NCBI GenBank assembly: GCA_023515725.1
Contig: JALDTO010000266.1
Location: 2,312,217 to 2,376,216, forward strand
From: Amoeboaphelidium protococcarum X5
Taxonomy: Eukaryota > Fungi > Aphelidiomycota
Direction: 5' to 3'
Length of the DNA stretch: 64,000 nt
The notes under the pieces were generated by a model. The model did not search any database, had not been told where the DNA came from, and saw only the letters and a program-made list of their open reading frames with translations. Made by a program: the position numbers and the translations under genes. Below are positions 61,801-64,000 of the stretch, piece after piece; the stretch's first letter is position 1; each line of letters starts with the position of its first letter.

Positions 61801-64000
61801 AGAACACTAGCATTGTGAACTAAAATATTCCATGGATTGGGTTTTACAAGTACACCTCTGGCTACAAGCCTATCGGATATATGACGTTGCCTGTGTTCCT
61901 ACTCCTGTCTTTCAATTTGACAAAGTTAGCCTTCGTTTGGGAATAGCGTTTAAGAGAAAAGTATCCGGAGCTACCTTTGAGGGTTTCTTTATGGCCGCTT
62001 CTACCACATCTATCGATTGGTGCACCTGGCCAAATACATCAATCTTCTAGCTAGAATGTGTTGGGTCATAAAAAGACTCTATCTCGAATAATACAGGTGG
62101 CCAGATCTACTACTGCCGAGTTCGCTTCTGGAGTTAATTATTGGATGTCGAATTTCTTCCATCATTTTGGATGCGAGTTGGTAACGTTAGTGCATTATGT
62201 TTGTGGCTTTGCCAAAGGGAGCGGATTGGGATTATTGTACATTCTGATGGGCATCATTCTAGCATAACGGTAGAAGAAGATGTCCACAATCTGGCCGTTG
62301 TATGTGGCTCTGGTTAGTGTCGTGATGATTTTTTAATATCTCTGCGTATTAGGATATCCTCCAACTACAGAAATTCAGTTCCCTTGGGCTGGTCTTCCAG
62401 TGAATGTACTGAACTGTATTGGACTACCACTGAACTATTAGTTCTTTTACATATCGCCAGATTTTTGTGTCCTACTGTTCTCTGCATTTCTACTCAATCA
62501 CTTTGTGGCTGATCACAACGCTAATGAGGATGATGATTTTTATTTATGGCGGAGTTATCGAGATATGATGGATGCTGATTTTACGGTGAAGCCTCGTAGT
62601 AAAGTCTCCTATTTGAAGATGGTATTCTTCCGCTATTTCATTTGGGCAGTGGTGATTCTGCTTTTTGCTAGCGGAACTGTAGCTGTGGATCTATTGCGAT
62701 TTGTATTCCTTTGCTTCTCGCTGGTATTCATCGCTATTGGTGAGAACTTTATGCTTCATAAAAGAACGAGAATTAGATTCTGGAAGTTCATCAATGGTTA
62801 CATGGTATTGTGGGTACTCATTTAGAATTGCTATCAGATCCTCGCCAACTTTCTTGGACTATCATCTCCTGACTCTAGGCCGTGGTATGTCGTATTTGGC
62901 GTGACAAGATTCTCTGTGCAAAGTTGGGCTGACTTTTAGAGCTAGGCTTTTACACCGATCAATGTTCTGACTTTGTTCACTCTTGCGGCCGTGCTCATCC
63001 AGGTGAGAATGAACAAGAGTACGTCCATGTCACACATGTCCAAGTTTATTAAGAAAGACTCGGCCAAATCTGTGTTTCGTGCCAAAGAGTATTTGAAAAA
63101 GAAGCAAATGCAGATACTTGAGAAGAAGTTATAAACGGACACTGAGGTTTCGCTTATTCGGGAGGAAGTATCTCAGCTGAAAGGAAAGTAGAGTGATATT
63201 AATGACTGGATTCTGTTGTATGGACAAAAGCCAGACTCTGAGCATTGGATGCTTGTTGATCGGGTTGATGGTGGTGAAATTGTCGTAAAGTAGGATTATG
63301 AATTTGACAATCTGACTACGGCTGGTGAGCACTTGGGACTTAGTCGTCGTAAGTCTGATATTCGTCAAGATGCTCTTCTTAAGCCTTAGTAAAGTCAAGG
63401 GACGTTCGGTTCTGGAACGAACACCTAATCTCTTGATAGATCGACCTCATAAGTTCGCCGCCGTCTAGTTGGTACTGCTGAAGTGTAAAGCTCATAACCT
63501 CATCCAGTGTAATAATAAACTCCGGCTGATTCAGTTTAGACGTCAGTTAATCCTCGAGATTAGGTGCCGACAAAGAAGGTGTCATTATATCGTAAACTAA
63601 TAGTAAAACTACTAAAGAAGCTCTACCGATTGTCTTACAACTACACTGACATGTATGTCACTACAAGTACCAGAAATCTTATGAAAACTGACTGGTAACA
63701 CGAGTCGCTTTTATGGGCATTTCTTAAGGGCATCTTCTTTGCCATCTGTGCACATACTACGGTTATTGTTTACCTTGCAGTGTATGGAAATTAAGTGTAC
63801 CATGGGAATCTTCTTGCCATAATTCCAACGTTCTCGGTGCTGCTTGTGGCGATGCTGCAAAGACCTTATCCGTCTAGAGTGTACTGGGAGTTTCTTTTTG
63901 CAGTCGTGGAATTAACCGTGCTCATCAAGTACTTTTTCTAATTCCAGGTATTCACCTTTAATGAGCTGTAATGTAATGGTTCTGAGAATGACCTACGTGA
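58863..64000 (+). CDS. PIEZO: Piezo-type mechanosensitive ion channel, 3'-partial
   Basis: A >1700-codon frame with repeated 4-TM units (not every codon checked). YLKMVFFRYFIWAVVILLFASGT...RFWKFI and AHTTVIVYLAVYGNQV...AMLQRPYPSRVYWEFLFAVVELTVLIKYFFQF parallel PIEZO1 segments. A beam-like coiled coil lies at ~63060-63190. Confidence 0.88.

Noticed and set aside
1-64000. Interpreting the fragmented ORFs as mass pseudogenisation or poor sequence quality
   Set aside because: Fragments stay in frame, are interrupted only by TAA/TAG at Gln positions and keep all catalytic motifs.
1-64000. CRISPR arrays, rRNA, tRNA, prokaryotic operons
   Set aside because: No repeat-spacer array or recognisable structural RNA was seen, and spliceosomal introns show the DNA is eukaryotic. 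Small ncRNAs cannot be excluded by eye.

Overview
This is a gene-dense eukaryotic window, not a prokaryotic one, and it uses a non-standard nuclear code: TAA and TAG encode Gln and only TGA is a stop. The supplied standard-code ORF track therefore breaks almost every gene into pieces. Re-read with TAA/TAG=Gln, the window holds about 36 intact genes with short GT-AG introns (often ending in TGTAG) and very short intergenic spacers. The gene content is opisthokont/early-fungal. Together with the code, this best fits an aphelid such as Amoeboaphelidium protococcarum (inference). Conserved genes include a receptor-like kinase, APH-1, an EH-domain protein, a ribosomal-L1-domain protein, VPS28, two amidohydrolases, a GCP, a PAXX-like protein, MMSDH, urease, an SDR, an FtsX-type permease, CobW/ZNG1, PEX7, TM9SF, a cold-shock protein, a RasGEF-PH protein, RUS1, bL9m, frataxin, PDH E1-alpha, BCKDH E1-alpha, ALG6 and a partial Piezo. 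Two accessory regions stand out. (i) 4.7-15.4 kb carries an orphan family of signal-peptide + 3-TM proteins (2 intact, 2 remnants) with a shared upstream element, an inverted segmental duplication and a dead PIF/Harbinger transposon. (ii) 49.0-55.2 kb is an island of five co-oriented, intronless, signal-peptide genes: one has a BTB-like domain and two share an apparently undescribed C-terminal motif, so it is a candidate effector cluster. Also notable are a divergent lipoxygenase-like ORF and a 1-nt frameshift at the urease C-terminus. All translations and family calls were made by eye, without database searches.
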